In this document: positions 35,179-44,145 of the stretch, in pieces
Layout of the letters: the number at the start of each line of letters is the position of its first letter
How positions within the stretch are numbered: the first letter of the stretch is position 1
From: Patescibacteria group bacterium
Lineage (GTDB): Bacteria; Patescibacteriota; Minisyncoccia; Moranbacterales; JAKLHP01
Length of the DNA stretch: 48,411 nt
NCBI GenBank assembly: GCA_043803385.1
Contig: JAZDKA010000018.1
Location: 1 to 48,411, forward strand
Direction: 5' to 3'
Made by a program: the position numbers and the translations under genes
Notes under the pieces: model-generated
Seen by the model: only the letters and a program-made list of their open reading frames with translations
Told to the model about the DNA's origin: nothing
The model's database searches: none

Positions 35179-36447
35179 ATGTTAAATATTCCAGAAGAAA
35201 ATACTAATAATATCGAAAGAAAGAATCGAAAGCTGATGAACCGAGTATTTATCATCGGTTTTATTGTTTTGTTTTCAATCGCCAGTTTTTGGTTCGGGCT
35301 TGAGAGAGGGAAAAAAGAGAGCACAACTTCTTACCAAGCGACACCCTTGGAAAACACAATAATTCTCAATAAAGATAGAAAAATTGACACTTTGGATTTT
35401 TCTCTTTTTTGGAGGGTATGGGATATACTAAAGGAAAAATATGTTGATTCGGAAAAATTGGATGCCCAAAAGCTTCTGTATGGCGCAATCAAAGGAATGC
35501 TCTCGGCTACCGGGGATCCTTATTCTAATTTTTTTGATCCCGAAGAAAACAAAAAATTTAATGAAGACATTAAAGGAAGTTTCGAAGGAATAGGAGCGGA
35601 AATCGGAGTGAAAGGGGGAATACTTACCATAATTGCTCCGCTTGAAGGAACTCCGGCGGAAAAAGCAGGGCTTCGCGCGGGGGACAAAATAGTCAAGGTT
35701 GGTGACAAAAATACTTCAGATATGACTATTGATGAAGCAGTTGATCTGCTTCACGGAAAAAGGGGGACAGAAGTGAAAATAACAATATTCCGTGAAGGGG
35801 AACAGGACACAAGGGAGATAACTATCACAAGAGATGTGATTAATGTAAAAAGCGTAAAATTTGAAGACAAAGGAGATGGAATTGCCTATATTAAAATTTC
35901 CAAATTCGGGGATAATACTTTTAAGGAATTCAGCCAAGCGCTTATTCAGGCAAAAGCAATGAATCCCAAGGGAATAATTTTGGACCTTCGAAATGATCCG
36001 GGAGGATATTTGGAGGCCGCGGTTAGTATCGCCAGCAAAATGCTTCCCAAGGGGAACACTGTTGTTACTGAAGAAAACAGAGATAAAAATCAGGATAAAT
36101 TGCTCGCCAAAGGAGGGGATGAGTTCAGTTCCGTGAAAACCGTGGTGCTTATTAATGAAGGAAGCGCCAGCGCGTCAGAAATTTTGGCAGGAGCTCTTCG
36201 GGAAAACAGGGATAACGTAATGTTAGTCGGAAAAAAATCTTTTGGAAAAGGTTCGGTTCAGGAATTGGTCAATCTGTCTCAGGGAACAGCGATAAAAGTG
36301 ACAGTTGCCAAATGGCTCACTCCCAAAGGAAATCAAATTAATGAAAAAGGAATCAGCCCGGATGTGGAAGTTGAGCTTACTAGTGATGATTATGACAACA
36401 ACCGCGACCCGCAATTAGATAAAGCGTTAGAGATTGTGAAGCAGTAA
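35179..36447 (+). CDS. S41 family C-terminal processing protease (CtpA-like)
   Basis: TM anchor, PDZ GIG, DLRNDPGG, SASASE, FGKGSVQ. Confidence 0.93.
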   Translation: MLNIPEENTNNIERKNRKLMNRVFIIGFIVLFSIASFWFGLERGKKESTTSYQATPLENTIILNKDRKIDTLDFSLFWRVWDILKEKYVDSEKLDAQKLLYGAIKGMLSATGDPYSNFFDPEENKKFNEDIKGSFEGIGAEIGVKGGILTIIAPLEGTPAEKAGLRAGDKIVKVGDKNTSDMTIDEAVDLLHGKRGTEVKITIFREGEQDTREITITRDVINVKSVKFEDKGDGIAYIKISKFGDNTFKEFSQALIQAKAMNPKGIILDLRNDPGGYLEAAVSIASKMLPKGNTVVTEENRDKNQDKLLAKGGDEFSSVKTVVLINEGSASASEILAGALRENRDNVMLVGKKSFGKGSVQELVNLSQGTAIKVTVAKWLTPKGNQINEKGISPDVEVELTSDDYDNNRDPQLDKALEIVKQ

Positions 36448-36465
36448 AATATTTGAAATATTTTT

Positions 36466-36492
36466 AAAGTCCCGCAAGAGCGGGACTTTTTT
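36466..36492 (+). terminator. Intrinsic terminator
   Basis: aaagtcccgc-aaga-gcgggacttt followed by T run. Confidence 0.8.
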
Positions 36493-36590
36493 GACTTTTA
36501 ACATTTAAAGTTGACAAATATTTTATTTTTCGCTAGATTTGCGATACCTAAGGAATGCGTTTCTTGGGAATAAAACAAGGAGGTACCACC

Positions 36591-37292
36591 ATGGATGCGT
36601 CCAAAAAAGGTACAGAAAAAAAGCAAGAAGAAGAAAAGAACAGAGAAGCGAAAAAAAAGAAATTAGAAGAAGGAGAGAATTTTATTTGGGATGGCCGTTG
36701 GCCAGGAGAGAAGGTAGTCCTGGCTCCCGAAAATTGGGAAGAAATCATAAAGAGATTTCTTTATCGAACCGAGGATGTTTTCAAAAACCTCTATGACTTT
36801 ACAACCATTCGTTCTTTGGTAAACCGCGTAGAGATGAAATGTCTGCATGTCACGGACCAAAATATCCTGGATCTAGGAGAAGGCCTAAGTCTGGAGACCC
36901 ATTGTAGCCAGGTACGCAACTTATCCCATTCTTTCAATGAGATTTCCAAACTGGAGCTATACAGGATCGAAAAGAATCTTTTGATTACCAGAAAGCAGGA
37001 GTGGATAGTCTGGAATTCCGAAGGTATTCGGACTCAACTCAAAAAGTCCAAGGAAGAGGATCCTGGCGCGAGAATTCTTTACAAAGTCTCCAGTTTCAAA
37101 AAGATTGATAGTATCCTTCCTTTTTTAAAAAGTGGAGAGACTCGCGGGGAGTCCATAATGGATCATTTCTTTCTTATGTTGGATAGCGATGTGTCTGAAC
37201 AGGAAAGGAGATTGAGCAGAAAGAAACAGGCGCGAGATTTGGCGAAGGAAATCTATGAAAGAGCCAGGTCTTTGCGTGTGGATCATAGCTAA
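36591..37292 (+). CDS. Hypothetical protein
   Basis: AGGAGG SD before the ATG at 36591; TTGACA promoter at 36511. Confidence 0.7.
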   Translation: MDASKKGTEKKQEEEKNREAKKKKLEEGENFIWDGRWPGEKVVLAPENWEEIIKRFLYRTEDVFKNLYDFTTIRSLVNRVEMKCLHVTDQNILDLGEGLSLETHCSQVRNLSHSFNEISKLELYRIEKNLLITRKQEWIVWNSEGIRTQLKKSKEEDPGARILYKVSSFKKIDSILPFLKSGETRGESIMDHFFLMLDSDVSEQERRLSRKKQARDLAKEIYERARSLRVDHS

Positions 37293-37349
37293 GTTAAAGA
37301 GTCCTGGTGGTCAATGATCATCAGGGCTCGAATTTTATCCAAACACCGC

Positions 37350-37378
37350 TTGCAAAACGCGGGAAAGGGGATAGAATT
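37350..37378 (+). promoter_or_regulatory. Promoter, duplicated at 37714-37742
   Basis: TTGCAA-17-TAGAAT; 28/29 identical to the second copy. Confidence 0.75.
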
Positions 37379-37415
37379 AAATAAAAGAAATAAGTCTGTT
37401 CTTCGAGGAGGAAAA

Positions 37416-37667
37416 ATGGGAAATAAAAAGAAAAAAAGTATTGAGGATTTGGAAAAAATCCAATGCAAAAAATGCGGGGGATTTTATGACAAAAGCTTAG
37501 AAGATGAAGCAAATAAAATAAGGGAGGAGCAGGAAAAGAGAGGCTATACCCTTCCTGACGTTCCTGCTTGTCCTGTTTGTAAAAAGAGAGCAGGAGATGT
37601 TATTGCGGCATTTGGAGATTCTATAAGAGAAACACATCCGTATGCTCCCAGCAGAAGACATAGATGA
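37416..37667 (+). CDS. Small putative zinc-binding protein
   Basis: GGAGG SD; CKKC...CPVC pair. Confidence 0.7.
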   Translation: MGNKKKKSIEDLEKIQCKKCGGFYDKSLEDEANKIREEQEKRGYTLPDVPACPVCKKRAGDVIAAFGDSIRETHPYAPSRRHR

Positions 37668-37681
37668 AACTTTAAGGTATA

Positions 37682-37709
37682 GGGTTGGCACAATGTGCTA
37701 ACCTTTTTT
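37682..37709 (+). terminator. Intrinsic terminator
   Basis: gggttggcac-aat-gtgctaacct followed by T run. Confidence 0.75.
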
Positions 37710-37747
37710 CATTTTGCAAAACGTGGGAAAGGGGATAGAATTGAATT

Positions 37748-38302
37748 ATGAAAAAGGCATATATTATTTATGCTTGGGGAATGAGTTTAGAAGACGGATG
37801 GTATCTTTGGCTTAAAAAAGAACTGAAATCGAAAGGATTTGAGGCGGTAGTTTTTGATATGCCGGACAGCGAAAATCCCAAAATTGAAACCTGGGTAAAA
37901 TATCTTGAAGATAATATCCAAAATCCCAATGAAGAGACGATTTTAATCGGCCACAGCATCGGCTGCCAGGCAATTTTGCGCTATCTTGAAAAACTGCCGG
38001 AAAATGTGAAAGTTGGAAAAGTAATTCTGGTCGCGCCGTGGGTAGAAATTTCGGGGCTTAAGAAGGAAGAAATAGAAATTGCTAAGCCGTGGGTGGAAAA
38101 TAAAATTGATGAGGAAAAAGTTTTGGAACATGTCTCAAAAATAGTCGCTATCTTTTCCGATAATGATCCATATGTCCCCGCCGAAAATCAAAAAATATTC
38201 AAGGAAAAATACAACGCGGAAATAATAGTCGAACACGCCAAAGGACATTTCACGGGAGATGATGGAATAACCGAACTGCCGGTGGTTTTGGAAAATTTAT
38301 AA
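37748..38302 (+). CDS. RBBP9/YdeN-family alpha/beta serine hydrolase
   Basis: GHSIG nucleophile elbow, SDNDPYV, GHF. Confidence 0.9.
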   Translation: MKKAYIIYAWGMSLEDGWYLWLKKELKSKGFEAVVFDMPDSENPKIETWVKYLEDNIQNPNEETILIGHSIGCQAILRYLEKLPENVKVGKVILVAPWVEISGLKKEEIEIAKPWVENKIDEEKVLEHVSKIVAIFSDNDPYVPAENQKIFKEKYNAEIIVEHAKGHFTGDDGITELPVVLENL

Positions 38303-38312
38303 CTCAGTGAAT

Positions 38313-38332
38313 TGTGGATAAGCTGTGTATAA
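38313..38332. promoter_or_regulatory. Two tandem DnaA-box-like 9-mers
   Basis: TGTGGATAA and TGTGTATAA both match TTATNCACA on the minus strand. Confidence 0.5.
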
Positions 38333-38592
38333 TAGTGATACAGTATCATCTTGACGGATTAGTTGAGAAGTGCTACAATTTATAGGTAAAATAAAAACTG
38401 TAAAGTAGAAATCAGAAATAAAAAGAAAAATCAGAAAAAATAGCATATCTGGCAGTTCCGAGATGGTGTTAAGAATTAAATAAGGAGTTCAAAAAACAAT
38501 TTAGCTTAATCCTTAAAGAAGTTGAAGAATTGTGCGTTTATGCGCTTAATCTTCAACTTCTTTTTATTTAATTTATTAAATTTAAAAAATAT

Positions 38593-39300
38593 ATGCCAAG
38601 AGAAACAAGACAAATTTTAAGAAATCAAATAGAAGCATTGAAAATAAAACTTAAGGAAAAAGATGATATTACTGAAAACTTAAAAAATGAATACAAAAAC
38701 GATAGGGAAAACATAGATAAGGAACACGCAGAATCAATTAGAATCCAGAAAGAAGAATCAGAAAATAAAATAAAAAAATTAGAAAGCCTGAACAAAGAAC
38801 TAGATAATCAGAATAAAGAAAAACAGAAACAGCTAGATTTTCAAGAAACTAAGAAATTAGCTAAAGCTTATGAAGATCAAAAAGAAGAATATAAGGAAAA
38901 TTCTAAAGTTTGGGTAAATAGGCTATTTTTTATAGGTCTTGCACTTGCAATTTCTACTATTATATCAGTTATTCTTTCTCATGATAAAATGTGGTATGAC
39001 CGATTTGAATATTATTCATTAGATATTATTTTAATTAGTGCGGTTTGGTTTTGCGTTAGTCAATATTCTTATTATATAAAGCTCTATTCTGATTTTGCCA
39101 ACAGACAGGCGTTGGCTCAATCGTATCACAATATAATAAACAGTGCGGATGACGCGTCTATAAAAGATAAATTTCTAGATAAATCAACTGATATTTTGTG
39201 TGCACATAATAGCATCGAACACAAAGATAATTTGCCTGTAGAAAAGATAACGAGCGGTGGTTTTGAAGTTATGAAGGAAATACTCAAAAAAATTCCGTAG
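38593..39300 (+). CDS. Hypothetical coiled-coil protein with two TM helices
   Basis: N-terminal K/E-rich coiled coil and central hydrophobic pair; very AT-rich DNA. Confidence 0.75.
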   Translation: MPRETRQILRNQIEALKIKLKEKDDITENLKNEYKNDRENIDKEHAESIRIQKEESENKIKKLESLNKELDNQNKEKQKQLDFQETKKLAKAYEDQKEEYKENSKVWVNRLFFIGLALAISTIISVILSHDKMWYDRFEYYSLDIILISAVWFCVSQYSYYIKLYSDFANRQALAQSYHNIINSADDASIKDKFLDKSTDILCAHNSIEHKDNLPVEKITSGGFEVMKEILKKIP

Positions 39301-39330
39301 ATAAAATTAAAGAAAGAAAGGAGATGAAAG

Positions 39331-39531
39331 ATGATGTTAAAATGTCCAATCTATAATAGCTACAATGCATGTTCAGAAAACGAGGATTGCTTGTTTAGCA
39401 GAGCTGGAGGATGTGCTCTTGTTTTGGCTGCAACAATAGCTGAAAATAACGAAAAGAAATTGACAAATCTCGAAAGTGATTTATCGCAAGTAAAAAATTC
39501 TCTGTACAATATCGAGAATAAACTGAGATAA
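39331..39531 (+). CDS. Small Cys-rich protein with C-terminal coiled coil
   Basis: AGGAG SD; four Cys in the N-terminal 28 aa. Confidence 0.65.
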   Translation: MMLKCPIYNSYNACSENEDCLFSRAGGCALVLAATIAENNEKKLTNLESDLSQVKNSLYNIENKLR

Positions 39532-39710
39532 AAAATAATTTCATAGTTTACTAGAGCAAATAGGACGGCTTATATGTCATTGAATATAGAGCTGAGGTGA
39601 TCTATGGATTTTACGCAGTGGGATATAAGAAACGATTCTAAATGCGATTAAAGAGATTATTTTAAACAGGGTTGATAGCCCTGTTTGTTTTTGGGTGATA
39701 TAATTAATTT

Positions 39711-40103
39711 ATGGTTTATCAAGGCGTTATAATTGAAGAAAGTTTGGAGGATAAGAAAGTGCTTAAGAAAGTGAAGATTTTGAGTACAAAAGTTGAAGAT
39801 GTTGTGGAAAAACATCAGACTCCGTGGCTGAAAAAATGGACGCTTCACACGGTTGAAATTCCGGAAAATAAAGAAAAGGAAATCGCAGGAGAAATTAGCA
39901 AAACATTAGAAAATAAACATACGAGCTGGTATGCGGATTTCAAAAATAATGATACGCATTATATTATTTTCCGTGATAAGGTTTTTAAGATTGACAGAAT
40001 TAGCAAGGAACAATACGAAGAAGCGACAAAATACGGAATTTCCCTCGGCATTCCCAGCTATCAAGTCAATTTCGCTCCAAATGTCAAAAAGTGGAAAAGT
40101 TAA
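39711..40103 (+). CDS. Hypothetical protein
   Basis: 130-aa ORF (GVIIEESL, WYADF, YGISLGIP). Confidence 0.8.
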   Translation: MVYQGVIIEESLEDKKVLKKVKILSTKVEDVVEKHQTPWLKKWTLHTVEIPENKEKEIAGEISKTLENKHTSWYADFKNNDTHYIIFRDKVFKIDRISKEQYEEATKYGISLGIPSYQVNFAPNVKKWKS

Positions 40104-40163
40104 TTAATTACGTCCCAGTTAAATATAGCAAATGCTATTTAACGGGATAAATAATTAAAAATT

Positions 40164-40907
40164 ATGAATTTTTTAGAAGAAATTGAAAAAGAAGCAATTC
40201 AGGATAAATTATATCCCATCGCTTTTTATGGCGCATCGACGACCAGTTCGGAATATGTTTTTCCCAATTGGGTGGAAATAATCCGTTATGTTCTGAAAGA
40301 TGCCATAGAACAAAAATTGGGCGACTATAAAAAAGCCTACTGGAATATCCAGACTTTTAATTTGGGACTCGATGGAGCTAGCTCCAAGGATCTTCTGGAA
40401 AAATTTGATGACTTGGTTTTACGGATCAATCCCAGGCTGCTTTTTCTCGCTATGGGCAAAAATGATCCTTATTACGGAATCGATCCAAAAGAAACGGCGG
40501 AGAATACTTTCAAACTTATCAGCAAAGCACTTGATTCCGGAATCAAAGTTATCTTTGCCAATACTCCCCCAGCCCTTTGGGAATCCTTGAATGAAAAAAT
40601 CAAAAATCATTTGCAAGCAGAAAGGGAGGTGGCGAAAAAATTTGCGGAAAATGGCAATTTTATGTTTATCGATATTTTTGAGAAATTCCCTAAAGAAGAA
40701 TTGGAAAAAATTTACACTTTAATTTCCGCAGATGGAAATAAAGTGGTTGGAATTAAGCCGGGAGAAGTTGACCCGATTCATTATAACAAGCGGGGAAGCG
40801 CGCTGGTCGCCAAAATTTTCCTCAAAGAAGCCTTTGATATTGATTTTAATGTTGAAAATTTTCTTCAAGATCTCAATGATCCTACCAAAAAATACCCGAG
40901 TTATTAA
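40164..40907 (+). CDS. SGNH/GDSL-family hydrolase
   Basis: FYGAS block I variant, NLGLDG, GKND, DPIHYN. Confidence 0.8.
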   Translation: MNFLEEIEKEAIQDKLYPIAFYGASTTSSEYVFPNWVEIIRYVLKDAIEQKLGDYKKAYWNIQTFNLGLDGASSKDLLEKFDDLVLRINPRLLFLAMGKNDPYYGIDPKETAENTFKLISKALDSGIKVIFANTPPALWESLNEKIKNHLQAEREVAKKFAENGNFMFIDIFEKFPKEELEKIYTLISADGNKVVGIKPGEVDPIHYNKRGSALVAKIFLKEAFDIDFNVENFLQDLNDPTKKYPSY

Positions 40908-40999
40908 AATGAATGTAAGTAATTAATTACGTATTTATGAAACTTTTGTTGACATCAGCGGGACTCGAAAATAAAAACATAATTCCCTCAACTAGACGG

Positions 41000-41032
41000 A
41001 CATTCCAACATTCTTGAGAATGTGAGAATGTT
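41000..41032. repeat. Palindromic direct repeat, left of ArsR-like gene
   Basis: acattccaacattct-tg-agaatgtgagaatgt; the 23-bp core 41010-41032 is identical to 41389-41411. Confidence 0.9.
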
Positions 41033-41072
41033 GTAGTATTATTTATTCAGAAGACAATTTTTATTTAAAAAT

Positions 41073-41396
41073 ATGTTAGTTTATAAAAAAAGAAGATTTT
41101 ACAAGAAAACAGAACGTAAGCAAAAAACGCCAAAACAATTAGAACGTTATTTAAAGGGAGTAGCAAATCATCGCCGGATTGAGATATTATTTCTTATCGC
41201 TGATAACAAGGGGATTTCCGTGGAAATTATCGCGGAGAAACTGGATTGCAATATCAAGACAATTTCCGAACATACTCGGCGCTTGGCGCAAGCGGGACTT
41301 ATCCGGAAAGAATATTCAGGACGCATGGTTATTCACGAACTTTCTCCATACGGCAAGACCTTTTATTCATTTATACAAATATTCTCATATTCTTGA
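41073..41396 (+). CDS. ArsR/SmtB-like winged-helix protein
   Basis: ANHRRIEIL, SVEIIAE, TISEHTRRLAQAGLI HTH pattern. Confidence 0.85.
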   Translation: MLVYKKRRFYKKTERKQKTPKQLERYLKGVANHRRIEILFLIADNKGISVEIIAEKLDCNIKTISEHTRRLAQAGLIRKEYSGRMVIHELSPYGKTFYSFIQIFSYS

Positions 41397-41416
41397 GAAT
41401 GTGAGAATGTTTGTAT
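41373..41416. repeat. Palindromic direct repeat, right of ArsR-like gene
   Basis: atacaaatattctcatattct-tg-agaatgtgagaatgtttgtat; the TGA stop lies at the hairpin apex. Confidence 0.9.
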
Positions 41417-41469
41417 CATGATTTTTTTTCTTGTTATAGGCGGTGGATTTTTAGTGGTATAATTAATTT

Positions 41470-42360
41470 ATGGCTAAGAAAATTGATTTGCATATCCATT
41501 CAACTTTTTCTGATGGCAGGGATACTGTCGAGGAAATTATTGAATTGGCCAAGGAAAATAAGGTTGAAATAATTTCGCTTACTGATCACGATTTAATTTC
41601 TGGTGTTGACAAGGCGGTAGATTTAGGAGCACAAGCGGGAATCAAAATTATTCCCGGAATAGAAATAAGCACGACTTATAGAGGAAAGCTTCTTCATATT
41701 CTCGGATATTTTATCGATATTAGAAATAAAGAACTATTGAATTTTTTGAACAATACCACGGAGGAAAAAAAGAAACATTTCAGAGCTGAACTTATCAGGC
41801 TTAACGCGTATCTCGAAAAAGAAAGAAGAAAAAAAGTTGATACGGAGAAGTATATCACCGAAGAAGATAAGTATTTTTCTCTTCCTGGCGTTGCTTTTTA
41901 TCTCCACAAAGAGGGAATTTTTAATGGAATTAATGAAGCCTTTGATTTTCTGGAAGGAAAACTTAAAACCCCGGTGCTTTCAATCGAACCAAAAGATGCT
42001 TTTAGGATTATCAAAAAAGCTGGAGGAATGTCTTCCCTTGCTCATTCTCTGGCTCCGAAAGTTTCGCTTCGAAAAATTACCAATGATCCGGCAGAATGGG
42101 AGAAAATCATCGCTGATTTTAAGAATGATGGAATGGACGGGATCGAATGCTACGGCTTTGCCCATAGTAAAGAGGAAATTAAAACTATTATCGAGTTTTC
42201 TAAAAAATATAATTTTATGCTTACAGCTGGAAGCGATTGGCATGGAAGCTTTGAAAAACAAGAAGGAGAAGCTATAAAAAAATGGCTGCCATTTTACACG
42301 GGAAGATTTGAAGGAATTGAAGTTTCGGATAAAATATATTCTTATTTTATGGAAAAATAA
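41470..42360 (+). CDS. PHP-domain phosphoesterase (TrpH/YciV-like)
   Basis: DLHIHSTFSDG, LTDHD, GIEIS, HILGY, GSDWHG. Confidence 0.92.
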   Translation: MAKKIDLHIHSTFSDGRDTVEEIIELAKENKVEIISLTDHDLISGVDKAVDLGAQAGIKIIPGIEISTTYRGKLLHILGYFIDIRNKELLNFLNNTTEEKKKHFRAELIRLNAYLEKERRKKVDTEKYITEEDKYFSLPGVAFYLHKEGIFNGINEAFDFLEGKLKTPVLSIEPKDAFRIIKKAGGMSSLAHSLAPKVSLRKITNDPAEWEKIIADFKNDGMDGIECYGFAHSKEEIKTIIEFSKKYNFMLTAGSDWHGSFEKQEGEAIKKWLPFYTGRFEGIEVSDKIYSYFMEK

Positions 42361-42364
42361 CTTT

Positions 42365-42934
42365 GTGACTAAATATATTTTACATGGCGGGGAAACGAAG
42401 ATTCATTGCAAGAACAATGATGATTTTTTCGCTGAAATTATAAGAGGCTTAAAAGAACCGGCAAAAATGCTGCTTGTTTATTTCGCAAAACCAAGAAAAG
42501 AATGGAAGGGAATATTTAAGAGGCACAGGGTAGATTTTTCTTCAAATTCCGGAAGGGAAAAATTAGAATTAATATTAGCTGATGAAGATTTGGATAAATT
42601 CGTGAAACAGATAAAAAATTCAGATGCAGTTTATTTGCATGGAGGAAATCAGGATATCCTTAAAGAAAAAATGGCTCCCGTTGAAAATCTGGAAAAATTA
42701 TTTGAAGGGAAAACGATCGCCGGCAGTTCCGCAGGCGCTCATATTTTATCGGCATTTAATTATTCTATCGACAGTAATCAGATCGAGGAAGGGCTTGGAA
42801 TTATTCCGGTTAAGGTTTTTACGCATTATCGCGATGAGCTGAAAGGAGAGCTGGAAAAAATGGAAAATTATGGAGATAGAAATATGAAAACTTACGCTAT
42901 TCCCGAAACCGAATTTATCGTTCTGAACGGGTAA
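42365..42934 (+). CDS. Peptidase S51/PepE-like class I glutamine amidotransferase-fold protein
   Basis: YLHGGN, GSSAGA, GLG, HY. Probable GTG start at 42365. Confidence 0.8.
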   Translation: MTKYILHGGETKIHCKNNDDFFAEIIRGLKEPAKMLLVYFAKPRKEWKGIFKRHRVDFSSNSGREKLELILADEDLDKFVKQIKNSDAVYLHGGNQDILKEKMAPVENLEKLFEGKTIAGSSAGAHILSAFNYSIDSNQIEEGLGIIPVKVFTHYRDELKGELEKMENYGDRNMKTYAIPETEFIVLNG

Positions 42935-42936
42935 AA

Positions 42937-42968
42937 TTCAACGGCTAAATCGCGATTTAGCCATTGAA
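42937..42968. repeat. Dispersed palindrome, copy 2
   Basis: ttcaacggctaaatcgcgatttagccattgaa. Confidence 0.9.
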
Positions 42969-43039
42969 ACAGTAATACATTGAGCTTGCAAAAAAAATGA
43001 GAAGTGATAACATAAAAACATAATAAATAAATCAAAAAT

Positions 43040-44026
43040 ATGGAATTTAAAAGCGCAGAAGAATTAGCTAAAGAAAGAATGGAAATGGAAGCCAAAATGG
43101 CAAAACACAGAGAAGAAAAACGAAAAAACATCTCTTCTAAAGCTGATTCTCTGGAAGAAAATTTCAGAAGTGGCAGAAAGTCAGATGATATTTACGAAGA
43201 AGCTAGAAAAAGTATAGAATATTATAGCAATCTCAAGGAAAAAGGAGAACTTCTTCCTGAAGATGAAATTAAATTAGAGGAAGCTGAAAAACTTGTAAAG
43301 GAAAATGAAGAAAAAATAGAATTGGCTAAAAAAAGAGAAGTTAATCTCATGGATATTACCGAGATAGAATCGGAAGTAAGGAGCAGAGCATTGGGAGAAA
43401 AAGAACAGAGAGAAGCAAAAGAAAATATAGAAAATAGAATAGAACTATGGAAACAAAAGCTGGTTTTTAAAATAAGCGAAGCGGAGAAGTTGCTGGAAGA
43501 AAGAAATAGCTTATGGGAAAAATTTGAGTTAGAAGGAAATAGTTTGGATAAAATTATTTCATCAAAAAATAAATTAAAACCGGAAATAAAAAAAGAACTT
43601 CTTGAGACTAATGTCTATAAATTTGCCAGGGGTGATTTTGAAAAAGAGCTTAAAGAATACAGGGAAACATCAGGAACTTTTAATTGGGGAGAAAAAGGAG
43701 AAATAGACGATATTCTTAAAAGCGATGAGTATCAAAAAGTTTTAGCAGTAGCTAAGAAATATGCCGATTTTCTCCAACCGTTCAAACGTGGAAATAATTC
43801 CTATTTGTATCCTTATCTGGTTTCTAAGTTTGAAGAAAATGACGAAGAATTTTTCAGGGAATATGATAATATTCAAGATGAAGCTAGTGAAGCAAAAGTA
43901 CATGAAATATATGATATGTTCAGAAAAGCTGTTTCTGATTTAGAAAAAAATATAGTGGAAACATTTGAAAGAGAGCTTAGATATTATCACGATCGTGAAC
44001 GTGATAAAGAAAGGAGTAAAAAATAA
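43040..44026 (+). CDS. Hypothetical E/K-rich coiled-coil protein
   Basis: 328-aa highly charged helical ORF followed by a terminator-like hairpin at about 44044-44072. Confidence 0.75.
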   Translation: MEFKSAEELAKERMEMEAKMAKHREEKRKNISSKADSLEENFRSGRKSDDIYEEARKSIEYYSNLKEKGELLPEDEIKLEEAEKLVKENEEKIELAKKREVNLMDITEIESEVRSRALGEKEQREAKENIENRIELWKQKLVFKISEAEKLLEERNSLWEKFELEGNSLDKIISSKNKLKPEIKKELLETNVYKFARGDFEKELKEYRETSGTFNWGEKGEIDDILKSDEYQKVLAVAKKYADFLQPFKRGNNSYLYPYLVSKFEENDEEFFREYDNIQDEASEAKVHEIYDMFRKAVSDLEKNIVETFERELRYYHDRERDKERSKK

Positions 44027-44145
44027 TTGATTATAAATAAGTAAAAAACTCCAGCAGAAATGCGGGGTTTTTATTTTCACAGGACTAGTTTTTTGTTTGT
44101 TTCTGCTCTCTTTTAAGTTTTTTATTTTTATGTTATCGTATAATC

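Noticed and set aside
38313-38332. Replication origin
   Set aside because: Only two DnaA boxes here and one at 22875. No dnaA/dnaN and no box cluster.
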